From: Armatimonadota bacterium
GTDB lineage: Bacteria; Armatimonadota; Armatimonadia; Armatimonadales; Armatimonadaceae
Assembly: GCA_043754515.1 (NCBI GenBank)
Contig: JAYUUO010000254.1
Coordinates: 1-25,727 of the forward strand
Direction of reading: 5' to 3'
Length of the DNA: 25,727 nucleotides
The first letter of the stretch is position 1. Every line of letters begins with the position of its first letter. The notes under the pieces are model-generated. The model was not told the DNA's origin, ran no database searches, and saw only the letters and a list, made by a program, of their open reading frames with translations. This document shows positions 8,325 through 15,788 of this stretch, piece after piece. The position numbers and the translations under genes were made by a program.

Positions 8325-8765
8325 CTACGCCGCGACCGCTACGCCGACTTCCACACTGTTGACCAGTGCTTCCGCCGACTTCATCTTCGCCTGCTTCGCC
8401 TGGTAGTCCTGGATCGCCGCCTTGATCGCGTCCTCGGCCAGCACCGAGCAGTGGATCTTGACGGGAGGCAGGGCGAGTTCCTGCACCAAGTCGGTGTTTT
8501 TGATCGCGAGCGCCTGATCAATCGTTTTGCCCTTCACCATTTCGGTGGCGAGCGACGAGGACGCTATGGCGGAGCCGCATCCGAACGTCTTGAACTTCGC
8601 GTCCTCGATCACGCCGTCCGCGCTGATCTTGAGTTGCAGTTTCATCACGTCGCCGCACTCGGGCGCGCCGACGATGCCGGTACCGACCGCGACGTCGTTC
8701 TTGTCGAACGAGCCGACGTTGCGCGGGTTTTCGTAGTGGTCAATGACCTTCTCTGAGTATGCCAT
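8325..8765 (-). CDS. iscU: Fe-S cluster scaffold IscU
   Basis: MAYSEKVIDHYENPRNVGS, APECGD, KTFGCGSAIASSS and LPPVKIHC. True start is ATG at 8765, not the track's 8861. Confidence 0.97.
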   Translation of the reverse strand: MAYSEKVIDHYENPRNVGSFDKNDVAVGTGIVGAPECGDVMKLQLKISADGVIEDAKFKTFGCGSAIASSSLATEMVKGKTIDQALAIKNTDLVQELALPPVKIHCSVLAEDAIKAAIQDYQAKQAKMKSAEALVNSVEVGVAVAA

Positions 8766-8800
8766 CTGTTTTTGTCTTTCTATATTTCCGATTTGGTCGG

Positions 8801-9042
8801 TTAGTTCGCCGCTGGCATGAGCAACAGATGCTTGCCTGGTGTGATCTGTTGCTCTTCCCACTCTTCCTCATATCTCCTGCAAAATCTCCGCTTTATGGTA
8901 GGAGTCTTGGAGGGCGACATAAACCGGCACGTACATCCAGTCGTTATCATTACGTGCGAGACTTACATGCACATTAGCCTCTAGTCCCGCGTGTCTGGAA
9001 CCGCGAGTACAGCCAGTTCAACTGATTTTGATCCATTACCAT
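8801..9042 (-). pseudogene. Small (~79 aa) HEPN-partner gene, putative antitoxin, interrupted by two +1 frameshifts
   Basis: Not in the ORF track. Joining three frames gives MVMDQNQLNWLYSRFQ/HAGLEANVHVSLARNDNDWMYVPVYVALQDSYHKAEILQEI/EEEWEEQQITPGKHLLLMPAAN*. Span is 242 nt (240+2). Premature TAA at 8976-8974 and TGA at 8870-8868. Starts 6 nt after the HEPN stop. Confidence 0.7.
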
Positions 9043-9048
9043 TTGTTG

Positions 9049-9417
9049 TTAACTCTCCAAGCTTGGCAGAATATCCTGAGTGACTTTCAACAAAAATACC
9101 GCGTTTTTACGAACCTGTTCCAGACTCCCAGCGACATTTTCCGTACTGATGTAGTCCGCCACCACACGCAGTTTATATAGCTTGCCCAACCGACCCGCCA
9201 AGTCCTGGCGTCTCCCAGTATTCGGGATGACGACACGCAAGTGTTCCTTGATAAGAATCGGTGTCTGCTCATGCCCCCAAGCCTCTCGACCTTCCGGAGG
9301 AGTTAGCCCGACATACAGGATTAACGCGGACATCGCTTGATAGGACGCATAGTAGTACCGACTCACAGCCGAACGCGGTTGATCGCCCGCCATCCTGTGC
9401 CAGTTAAGCCAAAGCAT
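9049..9417 (-). CDS. HEPN domain protein (UPF0332/COG1895-like)
   Basis: RSAVSRYYYASYQAMSAL, W.H and LYKLRVVADY match the SRxYYA and RxxxDY signatures. The first helix looks shortened. Confidence 0.82.
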   Translation of the reverse strand: MLWLNWHRMAGDQPRSAVSRYYYASYQAMSALILYVGLTPPEGREAWGHEQTPILIKEHLRVVIPNTGRRQDLAGRLGKLYKLRVVADYISTENVAGSLEQVRKNAVFLLKVTQDILPSLES

Positions 9418-9424
9418 TTATACT

Positions 9425-10645
9425 TTAATGCGCCGACCACTTCACGGTGGAAAGGTCAATCCCCTCCTGCGCTAGCTCCCACAGCGGCGACATTTCCCGT
9501 AGCCGCTCCACTTCCTTGGTCACACGCCCGGCGACGTAGTCCACTTCCTCCTCGGTCGTGAACCGCCCGAGGCCGAACCGGAGCGACGAGTGCGCGAGTT
9601 CATCACCCACGCCCAGTGCCTTGAGCACGTACGACGGTTCCAGACTCGCCGACGTACAGGCGGAGCCGGACGACAGCGCGACGTCCTTCAAGCCCATTAA
9701 CAGCGACTCGCCCTCGACGTAGTTAAACGATAGGTTCATGTTGCCTGGTAGCCGGTGCTCCAGCGAACCGTTCACGTACACGTCGCTCGTGTTACCCATC
9801 ACCGTGATCCGCAACCGGTCTCGCAGGGCTTCCAGCCGCTTGATCTCGGCGGGCATCTCCTCGAGCGCGATCCGCGCCGCCTCGCCGAAGCCGACAATAC
9901 CGGGGACGTTCAGGGTGCCGGATCGGAACCCGCGCTCGTGGCCGCCGCCGTCAATCTGCGCGGTCAGCCGAACCCGGGGGTTGCGCCGCCGCACATAAAG
10001 CGCGCCAATCCCCTTCGGCCCGTAGATCTTGTGCGCCGTGATCGAGGCGATGTCAATGTTCGCCGCCTGCACATCGAGCGGTATCTTGCCGTAGGCTTGC
10101 ACCGCGTCAGTGTGGAACAGGACGCCGCGCTCGCGGCACATCTTGCCGATCTCGGCGAACGGTTGCACGACGCCGATCTCGTTGTTCGCGCTCATGATCG
10201 AGACAAGGATCGTCTTGTCCGTGATCGCGTCGGCGAGTTCCTGCAAATCAATCATGCCGTCCGGCCTGACCGGCAGATAGGTGACACGCCTGCCTTCGCT
10301 CTCGAGTCGCTTGCACGTGTCAAGAACCGCCTTGTGCTCGGTGACGGACGTGATGATGTGATCACCCTTGTCCACGTACATCTCGGCGACGCCCTTGATG
10401 GCAAGATTATTAGACTCGGTCGCGCCGGACGTAAACACGATCTCCTTGGCGTCGGCGTTCAGGACGCGGGCGATCTGCTCGCGGGCGACGTCCACCGCCT
10501 CTTCGGCCTTCCACCCGAACGGGTGCGACTTGGATGCCGCGTTGCCGAAATCCTCGCTAAAGTAAGGAAGCATCGCCTCCACAACGCGGGGGTCGGTACG
10601 CGTCGTCGAGTTGTTGTCCATATAAACCGGTGTCTTCACGCTCAT
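9425..10645 (-). CDS. iscS: Cysteine desulfurase IscS
   Basis: [34 protein letters not shown] (PLP Lys), SSGSACTS (catalytic Cys) and C-terminal SPLWE...W..H. Confidence 0.98.
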   Translation of the reverse strand: MSVKTPVYMDNNSTTRTDPRVVEAMLPYFSEDFGNAASKSHPFGWKAEEAVDVAREQIARVLNADAKEIVFTSGATESNNLAIKGVAEMYVDKGDHIITSVTEHKAVLDTCKRLESEGRRVTYLPVRPDGMIDLQELADAITDKTILVSIMSANNEIGVVQPFAEIGKMCRERGVLFHTDAVQAYGKIPLDVQAANIDIASITAHKIYGPKGIGALYVRRRNPRVRLTAQIDGGGHERGFRSGTLNVPGIVGFGEAARIALEEMPAEIKRLEALRDRLRITVMGNTSDVYVNGSLEHRLPGNMNLSFNYVEGESLLMGLKDVALSSGSACTSASLEPSYVLKALGVGDELAHSSLRFGLGRFTTEEEVDYVAGRVTKEVERLREMSPLWELAQEGIDLSTVKWSAH

Positions 10646-10673
10646 GACTTTCCTATATCCTGTTTCTAAATAC

Positions 10674-11165
10674 CTACCGTAAAATAACGTCGGGGAGCAC
10701 CGTCAGGCGCGCGCCATCCTCGAAAAGGCGCGGCTTGAAGTCACCCGGTTGTTCACTCGTTTTGCAAACATCCGCGAGGCTGGTCTGGCGCAAGAGGCGT
10801 ACCATCTCTTCCTGTATGCGTTCCAGCGGCCCACGTAGCGTACACAGTTGTGACTGAGCGCAACGATCCGCGCCGTTCGGTTCCCAGCACTGCGCGATGG
10901 CGAGCGGGCCGTCTATCGTTTCCACGACCTCGGCGACCGAAATCGAGCTTGCGTCACGCCCTAACCGGTAGCCGCCGGTGGGACCCGGCACGGACGCGAC
11001 CAGCCGACGCTTCGCCAGCGTCTGCATCACCTTCGCCAGTAGCTCGGCGGGGATCTCATACCGGCGGGCGATCTCGCGCGGCCCGACTATGCGGCCAATA
11101 CCCTCCGTCGCCAAAAAGGACAAGGCGAGCAGGGCATAATCGGCTTTCTTCGTAAATGTAAACAT
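10674..11165 (-). CDS. iscR: Rrf2 family transcriptional regulator, IscR-like, with three Cys
   Basis: [28 protein letters not shown] and C-x8-C-x5-C. First gene of the isc operon. Confidence 0.85.
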   Translation of the reverse strand: MFTFTKKADYALLALSFLATEGIGRIVGPREIARRYEIPAELLAKVMQTLAKRRLVASVPGPTGGYRLGRDASSISVAEVVETIDGPLAIAQCWEPNGADRCAQSQLCTLRGPLERIQEEMVRLLRQTSLADVCKTSEQPGDFKPRLFEDGARLTVLPDVILR

Positions 11166-11206
11166 AATCTAGCCCCGAATCGTTCCCCACGACCGCTGAT
11201 TTTTTG

Positions 11207-11223
11207 GCGACCACGTTGGTCGC
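11207..11223. promoter_or_regulatory. Palindromic operator candidate for the Rrf2 regulator
   Basis: GCGACCA-CGT-TGGTCGC perfect 7 bp inverted repeat, just downstream of the predicted isc transcription start. Confidence 0.6.
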
Positions 11224-11235
11224 AGATAGCAACTC

Positions 11236-11264
11236 ATTGTACCCTCCGGGCAGAGAGGTGTCAA
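11236..11264 (-). promoter_or_regulatory. Sigma70 promoter of the isc operon
   Basis: Minus strand TTGACA (11264-11259), 17 nt spacer, TACAAT (11241-11236). Near consensus. Confidence 0.85.
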
Positions 11265-11732
11265 GACAAATGGGCAGACGAACGCGCGGCATGGCGGACG
11301 CTGGGTGGAAGCACGAGGGGAGTGAAAGGCGTACGAACAAAGGCGGGAACAATGCCGCGCCCCCCGTCGTCAGAAATGATTATGCGGTCGCAGGTAGAGA
11401 AGTCGCCGACAAAAAGCGCGTATGGTAGAGGCGAAGGTGTTGTCAGGCGGCGTCCTTGAAGAATTTATCTAGTCGGGCATCGGTTCGGCAATCGCATAGT
11501 CGCGGGTTTCACGAAAAAAGTTGGTCGGCGTGGGCCGCGCCGGATAATTTTTCGAGTGAAACAGGAAAACAAGGCGGACGCGGCGAACCCTGAACACGCG
11601 CCGGAATGACAGCACCGCGCCGCCATCATCCGCGACGCGGATGGACAGCCCGGAACAGGGACGGGCCTTCATGGAAGAGTTGCTTACCGCCGGTGTACTG
11701 GCGGCGTATTTATTTAAGGGAAGTTTAACACT

Positions 11733-13484
11733 ATGGCAATGGTACGTAAAAGCATCGGCGATATTCTGGTTGAAAAAAACTTCATCACCGCCGAACAACT
11801 GAGTCAGGCGAAGGACGTGCAGAAGAGCGCGCCCGGCGATCTCGGTAACATTTTGGTGACCCTCAGTTTCGCTTCGGAGCGCGACGTCGTGGAAGCGCGC
11901 GCCCAGGAGATGGGCGTGCCTTTCATTGATCTCAACAAGCACAAGCCCGAATCCTCCGCCGTCAACGTCGTCCCGCAGAGCGTCGCCGAGAAGCACAAGG
12001 CATTGCCCGTCAAAAAAGACGGCAACCGGCTCTGGGTCGCAATGGAGAACCCGAAGAACATCATGGCGGTGGACGATCTGCGTATGGTCAGTAAGTGTCT
12101 CGTACAACCGATGCTCGCCGTCCCGAGCGACCTGATGGACGCCCTCGGCAGGGCGTACGGCATCCGCGACACTTCCAACGACCGCCCGTTGTCCGCCGCG
12201 CCCGGCGCGAACACGCCCGCCCGTTTGAACGCCCAGGAAATCATGCGGGAGATTGCGCAACCGGCGGGCGCGGTTGATGAGGACGGTGGATCGGACGCCG
12301 AAGGCGCGGACCTCGCCCCAGTTATCCGTATGGCGAACGCGGTACTGTCACAGGCGGTCGAGGCGGGCGCGTCGGACATTCATATCGAGCCGGATCGCCG
12401 CAACGTCCGGGTGCGTTTTCGCGTGGACGGCGTGCTCCAGGAAGTGATGTCCATCCCCAAGCACATCCAGCCGGCGTTCATCTCGCGCTGTAAGATCATG
12501 GCGGACATGAACATCGCCGAGCGGCGGGTGCCGCAGGACGGACGTATACCGATCAAGGTCAACAATAAAGACTACGATCTGCGCGTCTCCTGCCTCCCGT
12601 CCATGTACGGCGAGAAGATCGTGATGCGTATCCTGGACAAAGGCTCGATCATGATCGGCCTCGACAAGTTAGGCTTCCGCCCGCAGGTGCAGGCGCGCAT
12701 GGAGGACCTGATTGTTCAGCCGAACGGCATGTTTCTGGTCACCGGGCCTACCGGCTCCGGCAAGACGACCACGCTCTACTCGGTGCTGAACAAGATCAAC
12801 TCGCCGGAGAAGAATATCACCACGGTCGAGGACCCGGTCGAGTACCAGTTGTCGGGCATCACGCAGGTCGGCATCAACAAGAAAGCGGGGCTGAACTTCT
12901 CGAACTCACTCCGCTCCTTCTTGCGCCAGGACCCGGACATTATCATGGTCGGGGAGATGCGCGACCTCGAAACCGCCGACATCGCGGTGGAGGCCGCGCT
13001 GACCGGGCACCTAGTGCTTTCCACGCTCCACACGAACGACGCGCCGTCGGCGACCATGCGCCTCGCGGACATGGGCGTGGAGCCGTTCCTGATCGCGGCG
13101 ACCGTGATCGGGGTGCTCGCGCAACGCCTGTCGCGCCGCGTCTGCCGGAACTGCAAAGAGCCGTATAGCGCGAAGGCATCCGACCTGCGCCGCTTCGGGT
13201 TCGGGCTTGACAACCCCGACGAGGTGATCACGCTTTACAAGGGCAAAGGGTGCGAGCTGTGCCGCGGCTCCGGATACAAGGGGCGGCTCGGCATCTACGA
13301 ACTGATGACGATGAACCAGGAGATCGCGGAGCTTGTTGTGCGCCGCGCCACCCTTGGGGACATCAAAGCCGCCGCGGTCGCGAACGGCATGGAGGACATG
13401 AAGGCCGATGGCCTATTCAAGATCCTGAACGGCGATACGACGCCGGACGAGGTGATGCGCGTCGTCTTCACGGCGGGCTTCTAG
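11733..13484 (+). CDS. pilB: Type IV pilus assembly ATPase PilB (GspE/PulE family)
   Basis: MshEN-like N-terminus, ASDIHIEP, RRVPQDGR, Walker A GPTGSGKTT, RQDPDIIMVGEMRD, TGHLVLSTLHTN and tetra-Cys CRNC/CELC. SD AAGGGA. Confidence 0.93.
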   Translation: MAMVRKSIGDILVEKNFITAEQLSQAKDVQKSAPGDLGNILVTLSFASERDVVEARAQEMGVPFIDLNKHKPESSAVNVVPQSVAEKHKALPVKKDGNRLWVAMENPKNIMAVDDLRMVSKCLVQPMLAVPSDLMDALGRAYGIRDTSNDRPLSAAPGANTPARLNAQEIMREIAQPAGAVDEDGGSDAEGADLAPVIRMANAVLSQAVEAGASDIHIEPDRRNVRVRFRVDGVLQEVMSIPKHIQPAFISRCKIMADMNIAERRVPQDGRIPIKVNNKDYDLRVSCLPSMYGEKIVMRILDKGSIMIGLDKLGFRPQVQARMEDLIVQPNGMFLVTGPTGSGKTTTLYSVLNKINSPEKNITTVEDPVEYQLSGITQVGINKKAGLNFSNSLRSFLRQDPDIIMVGEMRDLETADIAVEAALTGHLVLSTLHTNDAPSATMRLADMGVEPFLIAATVIGVLAQRLSRRVCRNCKEPYSAKASDLRRFGFGLDNPDEVITLYKGKGCELCRGSGYKGRLGIYELMTMNQEIAELVVRRATLGDIKAAAVANGMEDMKADGLFKILNGDTTPDEVMRVVFTAGF

Positions 13485-13496
13485 GCGAGGCCGCCC

Positions 13497-13533
13497 TATT
13501 TCGCCGCCGACGTGGCCCGTCGGCGGCGAAATA
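13497..13533. terminator. Strong hairpin after pilB (terminator or mRNA stabiliser)
   Basis: Perfect 16 bp inverted repeat TATTTCGCCGCCGACG-tggcc-CGTCGGCGGCGAAATA. No long U-tract. Confidence 0.55.
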
Positions 13534-13679
13534 ACGGGAACAGTGACCCCCACGGAGGCGTAATCAGAAGCAGAATCGGGACCCGCTTTGAGAAAAGGAT
13601 GGAACCGGTGATAACCGTGTACGTCACCGGAAACGCGGCATATCAAGTGAGAGGCGCGCAACGCGCCGACGTGGGAAGC

Positions 13680-13712
13680 CCGGACGCCCGCTATGCGATG
13701 TCCGGTTTTTTT
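13680..13712 (+). terminator. Terminator-like hairpin immediately upstream of the hydroxylase-family gene (possible attenuator)
   Basis: CCGGAC...GTCCGG followed by T7, 21 nt before TTG at 13734. Confidence 0.5.
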
Positions 13713-13733
13713 GTGTCTGGAAAAGAGTGTACT

Positions 13734-14339
13734 TTGACCGTTTTATATCAATTCATCGCCTTCTTTGTTTACATACTCTACATGAGTTTCTTCGAGTGGC
13801 TTTTCCACCGCTATCTGTTCCACACTCCCAAAATTAGCAGTTATACGTTCAAAGCGCATACCCTCACGCACCACCAGATATACAAGTCCGACGAGACATA
13901 CCACACGCACGAAGACCATCCGGACAAGGTTCCGATGGACTGGTGGGCGTTGCCGATGTTGCTAGCCGGCCATCTGCCGTTCTTCCTGCTCGTGCAGTGG
14001 GCGACCGGCATCCCGAGTCTGTGGGGCGGGCTGGCCGCTGTCGCGGTCTACTACGGGATTTACGAGTCTATCCACTGGGCCATGCACGTGCCGCGCGCCT
14101 CGAACTACCTGAACCGGTTTCGGGTTTACCGCTTCCTCGACGCGCACCACCGCGTGCATCACAAATATATGCTGAGCAACCTGAACGTCGTCATGCCGCT
14201 CGCGGACATCGTGCTCGGAACGCTACGGCGAGCCGACGGGAGCCGCGTCCGCCCGTTCGCGGCGCGTGAGGAGGCCCCGAAGCAAACGCCAGGAACCCCC
14301 GTCGTTGCCCCGGTCCCCGTCACGATGATGATTGATTAG
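13734..14339 (+). CDS. Fatty acid hydroxylase / sterol desaturase superfamily membrane di-metal enzyme
   Basis: His boxes HRYLFH, HTLTHH, HWAMH and HHRVHH with TM segments. Start uncertain: TTG 13734 preferred, in-frame ATG at 13599. Confidence 0.87.
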   Translation: MTVLYQFIAFFVYILYMSFFEWLFHRYLFHTPKISSYTFKAHTLTHHQIYKSDETYHTHEDHPDKVPMDWWALPMLLAGHLPFFLLVQWATGIPSLWGGLAAVAVYYGIYESIHWAMHVPRASNYLNRFRVYRFLDAHHRVHHKYMLSNLNVVMPLADIVLGTLRRADGSRVRPFAAREEAPKQTPGTPVVAPVPVTMMID

Positions 14340-14423
14340 CCGCGGGATGCCCCGGTGCCCCGCCACGGAAGCGGGTCGCTGGAGTGCCGCGAAGCTGACG
14401 GTGATATGGGAACGTTCCTGCCG

Positions 14424-14429
14424 TATAAT
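14424..14429 (+). promoter_or_regulatory. -10 box TATAAT upstream of pilT
   Basis: Consensus TATAAT in a GC-rich intergenic region, 68 nt before the ATG. No clear -35. Confidence 0.5.
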
Positions 14430-14497
14430 AGCTGAACCAATTCACAGAAACGTCCCGGTCGCAGGAACGTCCTGTCCGAAGGGACCGAAAGAACTAA

Positions 14498-15682
14498 ATG
14501 GCCGACGCACCCAAAACCCCCGAAGAAGCAGCAAGCCCGCCCAAGCCTTCGGCTAAAGTCCGCTCGCTCGAAGACGCGCACATTGACGAGCTGCTTCATC
14601 TCGTCGTGAAGCAGAAGGCGTCGGACCTCCACGTCGCAAGTGGTCTGCCTCCGGTGCTTAGAGTGCATGGCAAACTCCTACAAGCCCCCTACGAATCGTT
14701 TTCGGCGGCGGTTTCCCAGCGCATGATCTATGACATTCTGACGGACGAGCAGATCCAGAAGTTCGAGTCCACGTTCGAGCTAGACTTTTCGTACTCGCTC
14801 GGGCGCACTAGCCGGTTCCGTTGCAACATTTTCCGAGACAGGGGTACCGTCGCCGGGGCGTTCCGTATCATCCCGACCAACATCCCGACCCTCACGGATC
14901 TGAAACTACCCGCCGTGGTCGAGAAACTCACGCACATCCCGCGCGGGCTGATTCTAGTTACCGGTCCGACCGGCTCGGGCAAGTCCACCACGCTCGCGGC
15001 GATGATCAACTCGATCAACATGAGCCGCTCCGAGCATATCATCACGATCGAGGACCCGGTAGAGTTCGTCCACCAGCACAAGATGTCAGTGATCAACCAG
15101 CGCGAACTGGGCCAAGACACCAAGTCTTTCCCGAACGCCCTGCGCGCCGCGCTCCGCGAAGACCCGGACGTAATTCTGGTCGGCGAGATGCGCGACCTGG
15201 AGACGATGCAGATGGCGGTCTCCTCAGCGGAAACCGGCCACCTTGTGTTCGCGACTTTGCATACTAACTCGGCGGCGACCACGATTGACCGTATCGTGGA
15301 CGCCTTCCCGCCCGGCCAGCAGGAGCAGATCCGCCTGCAACTCTCGAACAATCTGCAAGCCGTGCTCTGCCAGCAACTGATCCCGACCATTGATGGTACC
15401 GGCCGGGTCTGCGCCCAGGAGATCATGATCGCCACGCCCGCAATCCGAAACCTGATCCGCGAGGCGAAGGCGCACCAGATCACCTCGATGATCCAGACGT
15501 CGGGCAACATCGGGATGCAGACCATGGACATGTGTCTGCGCGACCTGTGTCTATCCGGCAGGATCACGAAAGACATGGCACTCACCCGCGCCATGAACAA
15601 GGTTGACCTCGAGAATATGATCACGCAGGCACAAATGTCGCAGGAGGCGATGGCTTCGGACCCGCGTCAGGGTCGCCGCTAG
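14498..15682 (+). CDS. pilT: Type IV pilus retraction ATPase PilT
   Basis: ASDLHV, GPTGSGKSTT, TIEDPVEF, ALREDPDVILVGEMRD, ETGHLVFATLHT, the PilT signature AIRNLIRE and GMQTMD. Confidence 0.96.
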   Translation: MADAPKTPEEAASPPKPSAKVRSLEDAHIDELLHLVVKQKASDLHVASGLPPVLRVHGKLLQAPYESFSAAVSQRMIYDILTDEQIQKFESTFELDFSYSLGRTSRFRCNIFRDRGTVAGAFRIIPTNIPTLTDLKLPAVVEKLTHIPRGLILVTGPTGSGKSTTLAAMINSINMSRSEHIITIEDPVEFVHQHKMSVINQRELGQDTKSFPNALRAALREDPDVILVGEMRDLETMQMAVSSAETGHLVFATLHTNSAATTIDRIVDAFPPGQQEQIRLQLSNNLQAVLCQQLIPTIDGTGRVCAQEIMIATPAIRNLIREAKAHQITSMIQTSGNIGMQTMDMCLRDLCLSGRITKDMALTRAMNKVDLENMITQAQMSQEAMASDPRQGRR

Positions 15683-15712
15683 TCCCCCGGCTCCGGAAGC
15701 GGCGCGTCGGTT

Positions 15713-15758
15713 GCGGCGGGCGAATGCGCGGGATGCGTGTTTGCCCGCCGTTTTTTTT
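15713..15758 (+). terminator. Intrinsic terminator after pilT
   Basis: CGGCGGGC...GCCCGCCG stem with extended pairing, followed by T8. Confidence 0.75.
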
Positions 15759-15788
15759 GTCGGTATGGTAAAAGTACCTGGATTACAC

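Noticed and set aside
8766..8861. N-terminal extension of IscU in the ORF track
   Set aside because: IscU homology starts at MAYSEK (8765). The upstream DNA belongs to the frameshifted HEPN partner in another frame.
9755..10669. Long antisense ORFs (9755-10669; also 14728-15624, 5440-6282, 11469-12260, 4543-5199)
   Set aside because: These are shadow ORFs opposite well-supported genes, expected at high GC, with no recognisable motifs.
11380..11620. c-di-GMP riboswitch upstream of pilB
   Set aside because: I could not find the GEMM-I or class II consensus elements by eye. An Infernal search would be needed to exclude it.
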